NCBI GenBank assembly: GCA_029261055.1
Contig: JAJDCA010000051.1
Location: 9,082-73,081, forward strand
Source: Candidatus Omnitrophota bacterium
GTDB taxonomy: Bacteria > Omnitrophota > Gorgyraeia > Zapsychrales > Zapsychraceae
Length of the DNA: 64,000 nt
Direction of reading: 5' to 3'
Shown: positions 62,047-64,000 of the stretch, piece by piece
Position numbering within the stretch: position 1 is the stretch's first letter
How the letters are laid out: each line of letters starts with the position of its first letter
Notes under the pieces: generated by a model
Database searches by the model: none
Told to the model about the DNA's origin: nothing
Seen by the model: the letters and a program-made list of their open reading frames with translations, nothing else
Program-made: the position numbers and the translations under genes

Positions 62047-63969
62047 TTAATTTTTCTTATATGCCATAGGTACAAATTTAACGGGTAACTTATCTTCTTT
62101 ATCTTCTTTAACTTCTTTAATCAACTTCAAATACTTTGATGTTTTCAGGTATCCCATCTGAACTTTATTAACTCTTTCAAGCTTCACTTTAGCTTTTTGA
62201 TATTTTTTTTTCTGATACAATTCCACGGCTTGCTTGTACATAAAATGTAATTGTGTTTTGTTTTCTTTCGCTTGATCACGTCTTTTACGTTTCATCTCTT
62301 TTGTCTGCAACTTTTTAATACGCTTACGATATTCTTTGTAATCCTTCCTGAAGAGCTTAACGTCTTCCTTAATCTCACCCTCGATAATCTTCAAATATTT
62401 TTGTGCAATTTGTAAATCATTTTTTACGGATATAATTTCTTCATACTTTTCCTTAGCCAAAACATACAATTCTTTTTCATAAAATTCTTTTGCATCCTGA
62501 TCCGTTAGTTTTGTTTTTTCCCACAGTTTCTTTAATCGATTCAAGACTTCCCGATGTAGCTTTCGTTTGGACTGATGGGCCAATAATTTGGCTTTTAATT
62601 CTTTGATTTCGTCGGGATTTAGATCATACGCCTGAGCGGTTACCCGTAAATACGGGCCGTGGGCCGTGTAATCTAAATTTGCGAGATCATCTGTGAAATC
62701 TGTAAAATCGTACCCCGCCTCTACCTGGGCAAAGTCACCTACATCATGGGCTGCGCCCAACCGTAATCCTTGTTTATAATCTTTGGCTTCCTCTTGTCGC
62801 AACAGCCGGTACTCGCCTTTAATAATCCAATCATTGGCTACTTGATAACCTAATCCAGTGATCATCAGCCAGGTATTTGTTGTTGTGGCGTCCAGACCAC
62901 TAACGTCTTCCTTTTTGATGCGATATGCAAATTTTTCCATTATCTGCCATTTATCATTGAGGTCATAAATTCCTTCAAAACTAATCACATGCGCGCTTTC
63001 TTTTTCGACACTGGCAGTGTCAATCTGACTTGCCGGGCCATCATCTTCCAAATAAGTGTAGCGGCCAAGCATGTTGAATCGATCTAAAGAAATAGGACGA
63101 TACGCACCACCAAGTGCAATTTCTTTGTAACCAGCCTTTTTTGCGCTACTGTCTTCGTCGGTGGCCTTTGATATCTCTCCCTTAAAAAAGAGGGTGGTAT
63201 TTTCATTCGGATGACTTTCTATTTGATGGTACAGCAAATACTGATTTTCATCCGTATCGCCTTCGTCCACGCGATATTCGATCTTGCTGGTGGATTTGAG
63301 TTTGACTAATTTTGTTTTTTTATCTTGGTCAACATAATTTAGCCCCATATTGAATGATTGACGATTCAAATCGCTGCCGTCATGTTTTTGAACTTTTCCA
63401 CGCTCGTATCCGCCGCTGACTTCCAACTTTTCACCTAACCGGCCAATGAGATTGTAAATGTTGGATTGACTTGTTTCGTCAGCATCTTGCTTGGCTTGTT
63501 GTGTGAGGTTGGCTTCGATATTTTTTTGATCCTGGCCCATTGTGATTCCGTAAATTTGATCAATAATATTTTCCGTCTTATTATTCGTGAACATGCGCTG
63601 GCTGGTTAATGCTAATCGTTCATTAATTATTTCTTTGGCTCCGATTCTGAGAATACTGCTGAGCTCTCCACCGTGATCTTCCATGCCGATGCTGGTTTGA
63701 ATTTGCCTATTCTTATCAATTTCAAGTTCGGCACCGACATTCATGGATTGGCCGAAACCGCCTTCGTGTTTGTTCAGCAAACTATAATCACTTGTGAGGG
63801 TCACTTTTTCTTTGGCCTTCACGCTGGCCCCTACACTTGTCCCCCAACCTTCACTACCTACCGATTCCTTGACGTTGACTTTTACGTGATCATTCACTTG
63901 GGCCTCGATTTCAACGCTGGTCTGATGACTGATATCCCCATGCAATGTTATCTGTTGTTCGACAGCCAC
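62047..63969 (-). CDS. Hypothetical protein with beta-rich N-region and K-rich coiled-coil C-terminus; the true start may lie beyond the window edge
   Basis: 640-aa ORF. The N-terminal two-thirds show an alternating-residue beta pattern; the C-terminal 180 aa are lysine-rich coiled coil. Confidence 0.45.
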   Translation of the reverse strand: MAVEQQITLHGDISHQTSVEIEAQVNDHVKVNVKESVGSEGWGTSVGASVKAKEKVTLTSDYSLLNKHEGGFGQSMNVGAELEIDKNRQIQTSIGMEDHGGELSSILRIGAKEIINERLALTSQRMFTNNKTENIIDQIYGITMGQDQKNIEANLTQQAKQDADETSQSNIYNLIGRLGEKLEVSGGYERGKVQKHDGSDLNRQSFNMGLNYVDQDKKTKLVKLKSTSKIEYRVDEGDTDENQYLLYHQIESHPNENTTLFFKGEISKATDEDSSAKKAGYKEIALGGAYRPISLDRFNMLGRYTYLEDDGPASQIDTASVEKESAHVISFEGIYDLNDKWQIMEKFAYRIKKEDVSGLDATTTNTWLMITGLGYQVANDWIIKGEYRLLRQEEAKDYKQGLRLGAAHDVGDFAQVEAGYDFTDFTDDLANLDYTAHGPYLRVTAQAYDLNPDEIKELKAKLLAHQSKRKLHREVLNRLKKLWEKTKLTDQDAKEFYEKELYVLAKEKYEEIISVKNDLQIAQKYLKIIEGEIKEDVKLFRKDYKEYRKRIKKLQTKEMKRKRRDQAKENKTQLHFMYKQAVELYQKKKYQKAKVKLERVNKVQMGYLKTSKYLKLIKEVKEDKEDKLPVKFVPMAYKKN

Positions 63970-64000
63970 ATCGACTTTTTTATTTAAAGGATACTCGGCA

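Overview
This is a low-GC bacterial chromosomal segment, gene-dense and almost entirely minus-strand. Its character (many giant ORFs, ferredoxin-dependent metabolism) suggests an uncultivated, possibly episymbiotic or predatory lineage; that is an impression, not something I could verify.

Core metabolism and housekeeping:
- Redox and central metabolism: FprA-like ferredoxin-NADP reductase, the three-gene pntAA-pntAB-pntB transhydrogenase, alanine dehydrogenase, class II fumarase, leucyl aminopeptidase, citrate synthase, ThiC, thioredoxin reductase and a two-subunit 2-oxoacid:ferredoxin oxidoreductase.
- Chaperones: groES-groEL with a perfect CIRCE operator upstream.
- Membrane and envelope: an NfeD-stomatin operon, an M48 protease, a DsbD/CcdA-like protein, CrcB and a LolA-like protein.
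- Editing and repair: TadA, a YbaK-type deacylase and an ElbB/DJ-1-like protein.
- RNA genes: tRNA-Ser(GCU), tRNA-Arg(ACG) and tRNA-Ser(GGA).

Accessory content:
- Two type II toxin-antitoxin pairs (BrnT/BrnA, and a COG3657/COG3636 HigBA-like pair) with palindromic operators.
- A roughly 2-kb RhuM-family island bounded by tRNA-Ser(GGA) and a diverged duplicate of that tRNA's 5' half plus upstream flank.
- A c-di-GMP wiring set: a PilZ protein and a multi-PAS histidine kinase paired with a REC-EAL regulator.
- A 1630-aa secreted S8 subtilisin whose 3' third is an 834-bp tandem DNA repeat.

Most striking finding: a 9.3-kb gene encoding a 3105-aa secreted protein with Hsp90/MutL-like ATPase motifs, two HExxH zincin motifs and a putative beta-propeller. 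Its roughly 370-aa N-terminal domain is paralogous to the N-terminus of a second large secreted protein (1139 aa). That second protein carries a P-loop kinase and a clear ThiG (thiazole synthase)-like TIM barrel. Together they look like one conserved delivery or anchor module fused to different enzymatic cargoes, and this is the best candidate for an undescribed system.

Non-coding oddities:
- A family of roughly 100-bp intergenic hairpin repeats built on CAGTCATCAG/CTGATGACTG motifs, at four or more loci.
- A dispersed CTCTTGCYTCT microsatellite at three loci.
- A 144-bp element in the histidine kinase leader: a GC-rich core of about 67% GC bounded by 21-bp inverted repeats.

No CRISPR array, rRNA, integrase or transposase was seen.
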